Part shown: one piece after another, positions 56,605 to 64,000 of the stretch
How the letters are laid out: the number at the start of each line of letters is the position of its first letter
Numbering within the stretch: position 1 is the stretch's first letter
Assembly (NCBI GenBank): GCA_024641245.1
Contig: JAHEDK010000011.1
Location: 11,015 to 75,014 of the forward strand
Length of the DNA: 64,000 nucleotides
Direction of reading: 5' to 3'
DNA from: Actinomycetes bacterium
GTDB taxonomy: Bacteria > Actinomycetota > Acidimicrobiia > Spongiisociales > JAHEDJ01
Program-made: the position numbers and the translations under genes
The notes under the pieces: generated by a model
Told to the model about the DNA's origin: nothing
Database searches by the model: none
Seen by the model: only the letters and a program-made list of their open reading frames with translations

Positions 56605-57138
56605 GTGAACGGAGAGCATCGCAGACGAATCGACAGGATCCTCGATGACGAATTCCTGGCCGGGTTCGAGAGCGCCGATCTCGACTTGATTCGCGAATTG
56701 CGGCAGATGACGGACGAGGTCGAAACGGAGCTGTCCTATTACCGGCGACTCCTGCACGGCCGAATGGATCTCCTGGCATTTGAGCTCCGCCGCCGGTCGG
56801 GTGAAGAGACCCGTTCTCTCATCGAGGCCCTCCCTGAGATCCTCGGGTCTGGAGAACGGACCGGGCCGCTCGGGCGGGTACCTGCCATCTTCTCCCCGGA
56901 CCTACCCGATGAGCGACATCGCCCGGTCGACAAGGTGCTGGGTGATGACTTCTTGACGCGTATGCCGGACCTGAGTGAAGAGGAACTCCACGAGATGCAG
57001 GCGCTCCTGGCCGAAACCGAGGAGCGGATTTCGGTTCAGCGCCAGAGCGTTCAACAGGTCTTCGACAAGATTCAGGCCGAGATCACCCGTCGATACAAGG
57101 ACGGCGTAGTCGACGGCGTCGATCTTCTCGCCGACTGA
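56605..57138 (+). CDS. hypothetical coiled-coil protein
   Basis: 177 aa; GTG start after GAGGAG; acidic and helical; no family recognised. Confidence 0.5.
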   Translation: MNGEHRRRIDRILDDEFLAGFESADLDLIRELRQMTDEVETELSYYRRLLHGRMDLLAFELRRRSGEETRSLIEALPEILGSGERTGPLGRVPAIFSPDLPDERHRPVDKVLGDDFLTRMPDLSEEELHEMQALLAETEERISVQRQSVQQVFDKIQAEITRRYKDGVVDGVDLLAD

Positions 57139-57145
57139 TCATCAG

Positions 57146-58084
57146 GTGATCGCCAGGGTCGTACGATCGGGGGTTGTTGAAGCAACCCACGATGGCGCCG
57201 TAGCGGCTGTTGATCAGCACGGCAGGTTGATGGCGGCATCCGGCGAGATCGAGCGACGCTTCTTTGCGCGGTCCGCCGTCAAACCATTCCAGACCTATTC
57301 GTCGGTCCAGTTTGGGGGCGACATGCCGGCCGAACTCGTTGCGGTGGCCAGCGCCAGCCACGGCGGCGATCCGGTTCATGTCGCGATCGCTCGTGCGATT
57401 CTGTCCGACGCCGGACTCGACGAGTCCCACCTGCGGTGCCCGCCCGCCTGGCCGCTCTCTCCAGAGGCCGCCCGCCGGGTCGCCGGTGCGCCGGGCCCGC
57501 AACGCATCTGGCACAACTGCTCCGGAAAGCATGCGGCCATGCTGCGTGCTTGCGCAGCACAAGGGTGGCCGATCGAGTCCTACCTCGATCCGGACAGCCC
57601 CCTTCAGCAAGCCAACTTCGCATTGATGGCCGAGGTTACGGGAGAAGACCCGGGACCTGTCGGGGTGGATGGTTGCGGGGCGCCCGTCTTTCGAGTTTCC
57701 ACAATCGGTCTGGCGAGAGCGTTTGCCGTCTTTGCCTCCGATTGCCGGCTGTCGGAGATCTGGACGGCGATGCACCGCTTCCCGATGCTCGCCTCGGGCA
57801 TCGACGGCACAGACGCGGCCATCGCCCGGTCGATTGATGCGGCGGCCAAACGGGGTGCCGAAGGTCTCCTCGGAGTCGCCATCCGCAACCAGATGGGCGT
57901 GGCGGTGAAGGTGTGGGATGGCGCCAAACGAGGTGCGGGTGTCGCAATGATCGCCGCCCTCGATCAACTCGGTGTTCTGGCCGGGACGGCGCCCGACCAC
58001 CTGGCGGAGTTGGCGCGACCGCCCGTGCTGGGCGGCGGTTCACCGGTAGGGCACATGGAATCCACTCTGCAGCTCAGACGATGA
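57146..58084 (+). CDS. L-asparaginase II-family (PF06089-like) protein
   Basis: 312 aa; ...RSAVKPFQ..., ...HNCSGKHAAML..., ...GVDGCGAP... resemble the Rhizobium-type asparaginase II family; family assignment is moderately confident. Confidence 0.65.
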   Translation: MIARVVRSGVVEATHDGAVAAVDQHGRLMAASGEIERRFFARSAVKPFQTYSSVQFGGDMPAELVAVASASHGGDPVHVAIARAILSDAGLDESHLRCPPAWPLSPEAARRVAGAPGPQRIWHNCSGKHAAMLRACAAQGWPIESYLDPDSPLQQANFALMAEVTGEDPGPVGVDGCGAPVFRVSTIGLARAFAVFASDCRLSEIWTAMHRFPMLASGIDGTDAAIARSIDAAAKRGAEGLLGVAIRNQMGVAVKVWDGAKRGAGVAMIAALDQLGVLAGTAPDHLAELARPPVLGGGSPVGHMESTLQLRR

Positions 58085-58995
58085 ACACGCACACCGACTG
58101 GACGAGTAGGGGATTCGCCCTGGCACCGGTGGCCGACGCCATCGGACCGTTTTCCGGGCCCGAGTTCCTCGCCGCCTTGTGGAACAACACGCACGTTGAT
58201 GGAGATGAACTGATCATCGCCGAGGCCGGCGATGCGCTGACGGCGCTGACGATCGCGAACGGCACCCTGGGATTCGTCGGCCATCGAGATCTCGTCGATT
58301 ATCGCAGTCCGCTCGGTTCTGGATCCGGCCACCTGATCGGAGACTTAGTGCGGTCTCTTCCTTCTGGAACCCGGATCGTCCTCGACTCGCTGCCTCGTGA
58401 GGCCGCCCATCCTCTGGCGGGCGGCTTCCGTGAGGCAGGCATCGAGGTTGCCCCAACGGTGCACGACGTGACTGCCGTGCTCGCTTTGCCTCCCACCTTT
58501 GACGAGTATCTGATGTCGATCGGAAAGAAGGACAGACACGAGCTGCGCAGAAAGCGCCGTCGCTTTGAGATGGCAGAGGGTTCGTTCTCTGTCCAGAGAG
58601 CGATCGCTGATGGTCACATCTTCAAGCGATTCGTCGAGTTGCATCGCCGTTCTGAAGGCGAGAAAGGCAGATTCATGACCCCCCGCATGGAGCAGCTGTT
58701 CTCAGCGCTGCTCGAGTTGCCCGGTTGGGGGGTCGACGCGCTGATGACCGGTACCGGTGACGTCGCCGCAGCTGCGTTCGGGTACGCAGACAAAGACGGC
58801 TACTACCTCTATAACTCCGCGTTCGATCCTGCCCTGCGCCAGGTCGCGCCGGGACAGGTGTTACTCGGCGCGATGATCGAGCACGCGATCTCAGAAGGGC
58901 ACAGGATCTTCGACTTCCTGAAAGGCAATGAGGCATACAAGTTCCGGCTCGGGGCAGGCGAGCGGCCTCTCTATGAAATTGTGGTGGTCAAATGA
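58081..58995 (+). CDS. GNAT-family acetyltransferase (CelD/FemAB-like, Acetyltransf_6-type)
   Basis: 304 aa; ATGA overlap with the asparaginase stop; C-terminal GNAT-like fold (...YLYNSAFDPALRQVAPGQVLLGAMIEHAISEGHRIFDFLKGNEAYK...). Confidence 0.6.
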   Translation: MNTHTDWTSRGFALAPVADAIGPFSGPEFLAALWNNTHVDGDELIIAEAGDALTALTIANGTLGFVGHRDLVDYRSPLGSGSGHLIGDLVRSLPSGTRIVLDSLPREAAHPLAGGFREAGIEVAPTVHDVTAVLALPPTFDEYLMSIGKKDRHELRRKRRRFEMAEGSFSVQRAIADGHIFKRFVELHRRSEGEKGRFMTPRMEQLFSALLELPGWGVDALMTGTGDVAAAAFGYADKDGYYLYNSAFDPALRQVAPGQVLLGAMIEHAISEGHRIFDFLKGNEAYKFRLGAGERPLYEIVVVK

Positions 58996-60197
58996 TCTCG
59001 AACGTCGCCTTCCTGAGCTTTCATACCTGCCCTCTGGTTCCGCCCGGATCGGGGGACGCCGGTGGCATGAATGTCTACATCAACGAACTGGCCTCGATGA
59101 TGGTGTCGCGAGGAGTCAAAGTGGACGTGTTCACTCGGCGGACCGGTGTCGAGGACCTCGGCATCGTGGAGGCTCCCGGTGGCTACCGGGTAGTGCACGT
59201 GACCGCCGGGCCCCTCGAGCCGCTTCCAAAGCTGGCCGGGGCTCTCCACCTTTCGACGTTCGCAGCGGCCGTCGCCGATTTCGGAGTCTCTTACGATCTC
59301 GTACATTCCCATTACTGGTTATCCGGGTGGGCGGGGTTGATCCTCAAGCGCCGCCTCGGGATTCCGCTCGCCAACTCGTTTCATACTTTGGGAAGGGTGA
59401 AAGATGCGACGAGGCGAGCCGATGAGCCACCGGAGAGTCTCCTGCGGATCGCAGCCGAGCACGATGTTCTAGCCGGCTCGGACTGCGTGATTGCTTCAAC
59501 ACCGATCGAGGCTGAAGACCTCCTCGCTCACTACGGCGCGGATCCAACCCGTTTGTGCATCTCGCCACCCGGGGTCAATCACGACATCTTCACTCCGGGT
59601 GATCAGCGTGCGCGACGAGCAGAACTGGATCTTCCGCTCGATGCGCCCGTCGTGTTGTTCGTCGGACGGGTACAGCCGCTCAAAGGCATCGACGTGGCCA
59701 TCGACGCGTTTGCCAGGATCCAACATCAGCATCCTGCGGCGAGATTGGTGGTCGTTGGGGGACCGAGCGGGGCGCAGGGTCAATCGGAGATCCGCTTGGC
59801 GCAGGCATCGGTTGAGGAAGCCGGTCTGGCCGGGAGCGTGGACTTCCGTGAACCGGTCGGGCATCCGACGCTGGCCGGTTATTACCAGGCAGCCGATGTC
59901 CTTCTGGTTCCGTCGCGAAGCGAGTCGTTTGGGCTCGTTGCGGTTGAGGCGCAAGCGTGCGGGCTTCCGGTGGTTGCCGCCAACGTCGGAGGCCTCGCTT
60001 ACGCCGTTGCGGACGGTGAGTCCGGCTACCTCGTCGACGGCTGGAACCCGGCCGACTACGCCGCCGCGGTCAACACGGTCCTGGACGACGGGGAGTTGGC
60101 GATGCGGCTCTCCAAGGGCGGGATAGAACACGCCGACCATTTCTCATGGGAGGCGACGGCCAACCGATTCTTCGAGCTATACGACGGAATCCTCTGA
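58992..60197 (+). CDS. mshA: D-inositol-3-phosphate glycosyltransferase (mycothiol biosynthesis)
   Basis: N-terminus FLSFHTCPLVPPGSGDAGGMNVYINELA is the MshA signature; GT4 fold with the EX7E region (...SRSESFGLVAVEAQACGLPVVA...). Confidence 0.85.
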   Translation: MISNVAFLSFHTCPLVPPGSGDAGGMNVYINELASMMVSRGVKVDVFTRRTGVEDLGIVEAPGGYRVVHVTAGPLEPLPKLAGALHLSTFAAAVADFGVSYDLVHSHYWLSGWAGLILKRRLGIPLANSFHTLGRVKDATRRADEPPESLLRIAAEHDVLAGSDCVIASTPIEAEDLLAHYGADPTRLCISPPGVNHDIFTPGDQRARRAELDLPLDAPVVLFVGRVQPLKGIDVAIDAFARIQHQHPAARLVVVGGPSGAQGQSEIRLAQASVEEAGLAGSVDFREPVGHPTLAGYYQAADVLLVPSRSESFGLVAVEAQACGLPVVAANVGGLAYAVADGESGYLVDGWNPADYAAAVNTVLDDGELAMRLSKGGIEHADHFSWEATANRFFELYDGIL

Positions 60198-60327
60198 TCA
60201 TCGCCGATCGAACTGTGGCCCCGTCGGTTCATGACCGGCGATGAGCAACGGGCGCGGGTTGCCTCTGTCAACCGACCAAGTGCCGGTTCGCTCATTGCGC
60301 GAAAAATCGGCTTCAGAAACTTGTCGA

Positions 60328-60377
60328 CAGGGGCTTGTGCACAAGCCCCTGTGGAAACCTGTGGATTCTGTGGATAA
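60328..60377. promoter_or_regulatory. 24-bp perfect palindrome followed by three direct DnaA-box-like 9-mers
   Basis: CAGGGGCTTGTGCACAAGCCCCTG (60328..60351), then TGTGGAAAC, TGTGGATTC, TGTGGATAA at 9-10-bp spacing; the last is the exact reverse complement of the E. coli DnaA box TTATCCACA. Confidence 0.35.
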
Positions 60378-60468
60378 CCAGGAGTAGTCCCACCGATTAG
60401 CAGCGATTAGGACCAGGTAGCACTACCAATGTGGTTCCGGAGTGCGAAAAGTGCCGCTCGTAGCGGGG

Positions 60469-60497
60469 TTGACGGGGCGCTGGATCATTCGTAGTTT
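60469..60497 (+). promoter_or_regulatory. sigma70-like promoter (TTGACG - 17 bp - TAGTTT) with no downstream protein gene
   Basis: -35 TTGACG, 17-bp spacer, -10 TAGTTT; downstream ORFs (60442..60756, 60516..60737) look non-coding. Confidence 0.3.
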
Positions 60498-60503
60498 CGA
60501 AGT

Positions 60504-60610
60504 GCAAAGCCCAAGGTGCTACGGCAGTGGGGCTACCTGTCAGGGGAAGTGCGGGGAGCGTCCGGTCGGGTTCCTTGGGCTTTGCGGTTTCTGGTCGCAG
60601 TTTTCCAGTC
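60504..60610 (+). ncRNA. candidate structured small RNA of unknown family (strand uncertain)
   Basis: AAAGCCCAAGG...CCTTGGGCTTT 11-bp perfect stem enclosing a 56-nt GGGG-rich interior (C-rich on the opposite strand), followed by a weak hairpin and a TTTT run; lies in a 480-bp convergent intergenic region. Confidence 0.25.
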
Positions 60611-60676
60611 GCGGGTCGCGAATTCGTTCCTCACGTGCGCTTTGCCGAAGGGCGCCGCCAGCCGGTACTGCCCCGC

Positions 60677-61480
60677 TCAGACGACGCAGAAGATCCGTGA
60701 GGTCGGTGCGAGGATCATGCCCTCTGTGCACGGGTAGACGACCCGCTGATGGATAGACAGGTGCCCTGCCGAGACCGTTGCGGTCTGGTCGGCAAAGAAG
60801 GGAGTTGGTGCTGCGCTGGCCGTTCTGGGTTGTGTCGTGGAGGTCGTCGGCGCAGCCTTCGATGCGCTCGGTGGAACGGTGGTTGCCGTGCTCCCCGGCC
60901 CCGTCGTGGTGGTCGTCGTTGGAGGTGCCGTGGTTGTGGTTGTCGCCGCAGGTGGCGGTGCCGTGGTAGTGGTGGTGGCTCCGGGTGCCGTTGTCGTGGT
61001 GGTCGTGGTAGGTGGCGCCGTCGTTGTAGGCGGACTCACCAACCCGTCCGGGCCGAGCATGAACACCACGGTTATGTAGAGGTTGCCGTCGGGGGCCCGG
61101 TCGGCTCCGATTCCGATGTAGTTGTAGTTACCGAGGATGTTGGCCCGATGACCGGACGAAGCCATGAAGGCGCTGTGGAGCCGATCTACATTTGGTCCCA
61201 CACCAACGTTTTCTCCCAATGAGGACCAACCGGATGTCACGCCGGCCAGATTGGGATTGTGCGAGATTTCGCCGGCGCCGATCATCGCCGCGGTCCAAGC
61301 TCGTGCGTCGTCGGTGAGGTCCCAATAGACCTGGAGAGTGTTCTGGCCGTTGGCTACCCGCTCCGCATTGATCAGGGCGACCATCGAGGATTCGTCTGAG
61401 GAGGCGGCGCCGGCAATGCTCGCCGACCCCGCAACAGCTGCCACCAGAAGCAGCCATGCAATGAATATCCGTCGAAACAT
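60677..61480 (-). CDS. secreted CAP/SCP/PR-1-domain protein with a Thr/Pro-rich low-complexity C-terminal tail
   Basis: Signal peptide MFRRIFIAWLLLVAAVAGSASIAGA; CAP-domain motifs (...GHRANILGNYNYIGIG...); ~100-aa poly-Thr/Pro tail. Confidence 0.7.
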   Translation of the reverse strand: MFRRIFIAWLLLVAAVAGSASIAGAASSDESSMVALINAERVANGQNTLQVYWDLTDDARAWTAAMIGAGEISHNPNLAGVTSGWSSLGENVGVGPNVDRLHSAFMASSGHRANILGNYNYIGIGADRAPDGNLYITVVFMLGPDGLVSPPTTTAPPTTTTTTTAPGATTTTTAPPPAATTTTTAPPTTTTTTGPGSTATTVPPSASKAAPTTSTTQPRTASAAPTPFFADQTATVSAGHLSIHQRVVYPCTEGMILAPTSRIFCVV

Positions 61481-61542
61481 GATTCGATTCTCCGCCTGTG
61501 TCCCTTTAGGTATCGGCAGGGATCAGGAGGACTTGACCGCTA

Positions 61543-62433
61543 TCAGTGGTCGAATCCGAACATAACCTCACGGAGGTTCACGCGCTGAACGCGATGGTCT
61601 AGCGGGTCGACTCGAAGGGAGCCGAGGCGGAGTCCTTGCATACCTTCACCACAGTTCGTGATGACTCGCAAGACATCCTCCTCGTATTGGAGTGCACCCA
61701 GTCCGAGGCAGCGCCCTTCGCCGTCCTGGACGCCGACCAGCATGCCGTCGAGCCTGGCGAAATCAAGACCGGCGGAGATAGTTGGTGCAAAGACGGTCGG
61801 TCGGACGCGCCAGCGCTCGAGCGGAGCTTTGAAGGCCTTGGCGAAAGCCTGCTGCCGGCGTTCGGAGAGCGCCTCAGGTGACACCGGAACGACATTTGGG
61901 TGGACGGGCAACGTCTCGACCCTGGCGGCAAAGAACCGGCGGAGCATCCCGACGATCGGTTCCATTTCGGCGCCGCGTTGCAGCGCCACAACGAGTTCGG
62001 GCCGGCACAGTTCCATCTTGTGGTATTTGAGGGTCTGGCCGACCACGCCGGAAACTGCTCCGGTGGTATCGATGACGACGAGATCAGCCGAGCGGCGAGC
62101 AACGTCCACCAGCGTGGCGGTGGCCAGGACCTGTTGGAGAACCATTCGCTCGGGACTCGTCGATCCGACGAAGCGGAGGTCATCGGCCGTCGACAGATCA
62201 TCCAGGTCTTCGGCGGTCCTGACCAACCGGAGCCCGACACAAGCGGGCGGTCCGACGGTGCTCTGGCCGACGTCTGCGTCTACATAGCCGATCGATCGGC
62301 CGGATCGGATGCCTTCGCTCATGATCTGATGGGCCAGCGTCGTCTTTCCGGTGTCCGGTGCACCGACGAGCATGACCACGCCACCGGTCTCGGCGATATC
62401 TGCGGCGAGTTGGGCATGAAGCTGTTCCGACAC
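61543..62433 (-). CDS. P-loop NTPase, Clp1/polynucleotide-kinase-like
   Basis: Walker A GAPDTGKTT, Walker B-like LVVIDTTG; GTG start; family assignment is tentative. Confidence 0.55.
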   Translation of the reverse strand: MSEQLHAQLAADIAETGGVVMLVGAPDTGKTTLAHQIMSEGIRSGRSIGYVDADVGQSTVGPPACVGLRLVRTAEDLDDLSTADDLRFVGSTSPERMVLQQVLATATLVDVARRSADLVVIDTTGAVSGVVGQTLKYHKMELCRPELVVALQRGAEMEPIVGMLRRFFAARVETLPVHPNVVPVSPEALSERRQQAFAKAFKAPLERWRVRPTVFAPTISAGLDFARLDGMLVGVQDGEGRCLGLGALQYEEDVLRVITNCGEGMQGLRLGSLRVDPLDHRVQRVNLREVMFGFDH

Positions 62434-62602
62434 AACGACATGGTACTTGGCCGCGACCGGCGCACTGCTCGCCGCCGTTTGGGTCTACCAGCGTCCCGTC
62501 CCGACCAGGGAAGCCGATTGGCGGTGCAGCGATCTCCGGCCTGACGGTTGAGCCAATTGTCGGCCGCCAATTGCCGTGTGCGGGCCCTCTAGGCTTCGGC
62601 TG

Positions 62603-63415
62603 ATGTCCGAACCTCTCCCCATCTCCTTTCTCTCCGATTTCGGACTCAACGATGAGTTCGTCGGGGTTGTCCACGGCGTCATCGCCCGCATCGCACCGGA
62701 GGTGCGCGTGATCGACGTCAGCCATGGTGTCCCGCGAGGCGACGTTAGATCGGGTGCGCTGTCCCTAATGCGAGCCATCCAGTACCTGCCGGAGGGCGTA
62801 GCGCTGGCCGTCGTCGATCCGGGCGTTGGGACTGATCGAAGGGCGATTGCCGCTGAGACCTCGTGGGGCTACTTCGTCGGGCCGGACAATGGGTTGTTGT
62901 CGCCGGCCGCCGCGATTGTCGGTGGGTCGTTGAGGGCAGTCACCATCGAGAATCCCGAACTCATCCTGCCTTCTTCTGGAGCGACGTTCGATGGTCGTGA
63001 TCGGTTCGCTCCGGCTGCCGCCGTGCTGGCTTCGGGACAGGCGACGCTGGATGAGCTCGGACCTAAGGTGCACCCCGATGACATCGTGCCGATGATGCTG
63101 CCGCTGCCGGAGGTGGGCGAGATGTCGATCGAAGGCGAGGCGTGGTGGATCGACGCCTTCGGCAATGTGCAACTCAATGCCGGACCGGACGAACTCCGGC
63201 AGATCGGCGTCTCCGTTGGGTCCACCGTCGATGTGGTCGTTGGCCCGCTCAAACGCAGCGCCACCTGGGTTCGGTCCTACGGAGACGTTGAGGAAGGTGC
63301 GCCGCTCCTCCACGTTGACTCAACGGGGATGCTGGCGCTGGCGGTTCGCGGTGGCAGTGCGGCCGACTTCTTCGTGCTGCGGCCTGGTGGCCGGGTCATG
63401 CTCAGGAGGCCATGA
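62603..63415 (+). CDS. DUF62-family SAM hydroxide adenosyltransferase (SAM hydrolase; chlorinase/fluorinase superfamily)
   Basis: N-terminus ISFLSDFGLNDEFVGVVHGVI; ~270 aa and lacking the long fluorinase-specific loop. Confidence 0.75.
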   Translation: MSEPLPISFLSDFGLNDEFVGVVHGVIARIAPEVRVIDVSHGVPRGDVRSGALSLMRAIQYLPEGVALAVVDPGVGTDRRAIAAETSWGYFVGPDNGLLSPAAAIVGGSLRAVTIENPELILPSSGATFDGRDRFAPAAAVLASGQATLDELGPKVHPDDIVPMMLPLPEVGEMSIEGEAWWIDAFGNVQLNAGPDELRQIGVSVGSTVDVVVGPLKRSATWVRSYGDVEEGAPLLHVDSTGMLALAVRGGSAADFFVLRPGGRVMLRRP

Positions 63416-63680
63416 TCTGACCGATCTGCACGACGGCGGCGATCAGGATGATGGCGAGCAGCACGATGATGGCGATGGTGGTTCCGGTGCGCATCGGAAA
63501 ACCAGCCTACCTTCGACGCGTTGAGACCTCCCCGAAGGGAGGTCTCAACCAGAAGGGCCACTCCAACTTCCGCCGCAGGGGCGGGCTGGGAGGCTTTCCT
63601 CTTACAACTTCGGACGTGAACGTGCCCTTGGTTGTAGGGTGCGACGGTCGCCGTCGTGGCCCCTCAATCGAGCACCAAAG

Positions 63681-63992
63681 ATGCTCGACGTCGCGAATAT
63701 CGGTTTCGTAGGTGGGAACTTGAGATATTTTTCTGTTGAATTCCTGACCAGGCAACAGTGTGGTCTATGTCGGACCGCCGCGCCAGTCATTTCGCGCGTG
63801 GCAGTTATAGCACGGGCGAAGGTGAACTTACGGGATGTGACGACCGACGACGAGTTGTTCTATCGGTATGAGCATCGAATTCCGGTGGTACTCGATCCTG
63901 ATGGGCGAGTCCTGGCGGAGGGACAGATCAGTTTCTGGGGGCTTCTGGGTGCCGTTTTGAGGGCCCGCGCCCGATGGGCAGTACGGAGTTAG
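63681..63992 (+). CDS. glutaredoxin-like (DUF836/thioredoxin-fold) protein
   Basis: CGLC (CxxC) active-site motif near the N-terminus, ~100 aa; start chosen at the internal ATG; ends 8 nt before the window edge. Confidence 0.55.
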   Translation: MLDVANIGFVGGNLRYFSVEFLTRQQCGLCRTAAPVISRVAVIARAKVNLRDVTTDDELFYRYEHRIPVVLDPDGRVLAEGQISFWGLLGAVLRARARWAVRS

Positions 63993-64000
63993 GCAGTAGC

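Noticed and set aside
60442-60756. 104-aa and 73-aa plus-strand ORFs downstream of the orphan promoter
   Set aside because: Cys/Gly/Arg-rich nonsense-like translation with no RBS; the region is better explained as structured non-coding RNA.
62603-63415. Fluorinase (5'-fluoro-5'-deoxyadenosine synthase), given the nearby crcB
   Set aside because: The protein is ~270 aa and lacks the ~20-residue fluorinase-specific loop insertion. crcB is 8 kb away and on the other side of unrelated genes, so it is most simply a SAM hydroxide adenosyltransferase.
63402-63494. 30-aa hydrophobic minus-strand peptide (MRTGTTIAIIVLLAIILIAAVVQIGQIMAS) overlapping the DUF62 stop
   Set aside because: No convincing RBS, and it overlaps the 3' end of a well-supported gene. 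It could be a real small membrane protein, but this is unsupported without expression data.
1-64000. Mobile elements, prophage, CRISPR, tRNA/rRNA
   Set aside because: No transposase, integrase or recombinase signatures, no DR-spacer arrays, no tRNA-like cloverleaf candidates found by eye, and no GC-skewed island; none reported.

Overview
The window is a high-GC (~65-70%) stretch of actinobacterial-type chromosome, inferred from F420-associated enzyme families (two PPOX-class proteins, one LLM oxidoreductase), the mycothiol glycosyltransferase MshA, mycobacterial-style DUF families and many ATGA/GTGA start-stop overlaps. It is densely coding (about 65 supported CDS). No rRNA, tRNA, CRISPR array, transposase or integrase was recognised. 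Because of the GC content, most long antisense ORFs in the six-frame track are artefacts. The track also opens ORFs at GTG/TTG written as M, so several starts were moved to internal ATG/GTG codons with Shine-Dalgarno-like motifs. Housekeeping genes present: ATP-dependent DNA ligase, TrmH/SpoU methyltransferase, deoD, pyrB, serB, a class II B12-dependent ribonucleotide reductase (nrdJ) with two tandem NrdR-box palindromes upstream, crcB, mshA. The main accessory feature is a ~20-kb amine-catabolism supercluster (19.8-40.5 kb): an Lrp/AsnC regulator, two dimethylglycine/sarcosine-dehydrogenase-like FAD-GcvT fusion enzymes, two PuuB-like FAD oxidoreductases, a trimethylamine/histamine-dehydrogenase-like Fe-S flavoprotein, an aldehyde dehydrogenase, two class-III aminotransferases, an amidohydrolase and a PotABCD-type importer. 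A second PotFGHI-type importer lies next to pyrB. Other notable items: (i) an NfeD-flotillin operon whose third gene encodes a MoaD/ThiS-like ubiquitin-fold domain ending in Gly-Gly, fused in frame to a polytopic membrane domain; (ii) a REP-like palindromic repeat family (three copies); (iii) a 480-bp convergent intergenic region after mshA carrying a palindrome, three DnaA-box-like direct repeats, a sigma70-like promoter and a strongly structured candidate ncRNA; (iv) a 9x in-frame 18-bp tandem repeat inside a secreted M28 peptidase gene. All coordinates are hand-counted and may be off by 1-2 nt.
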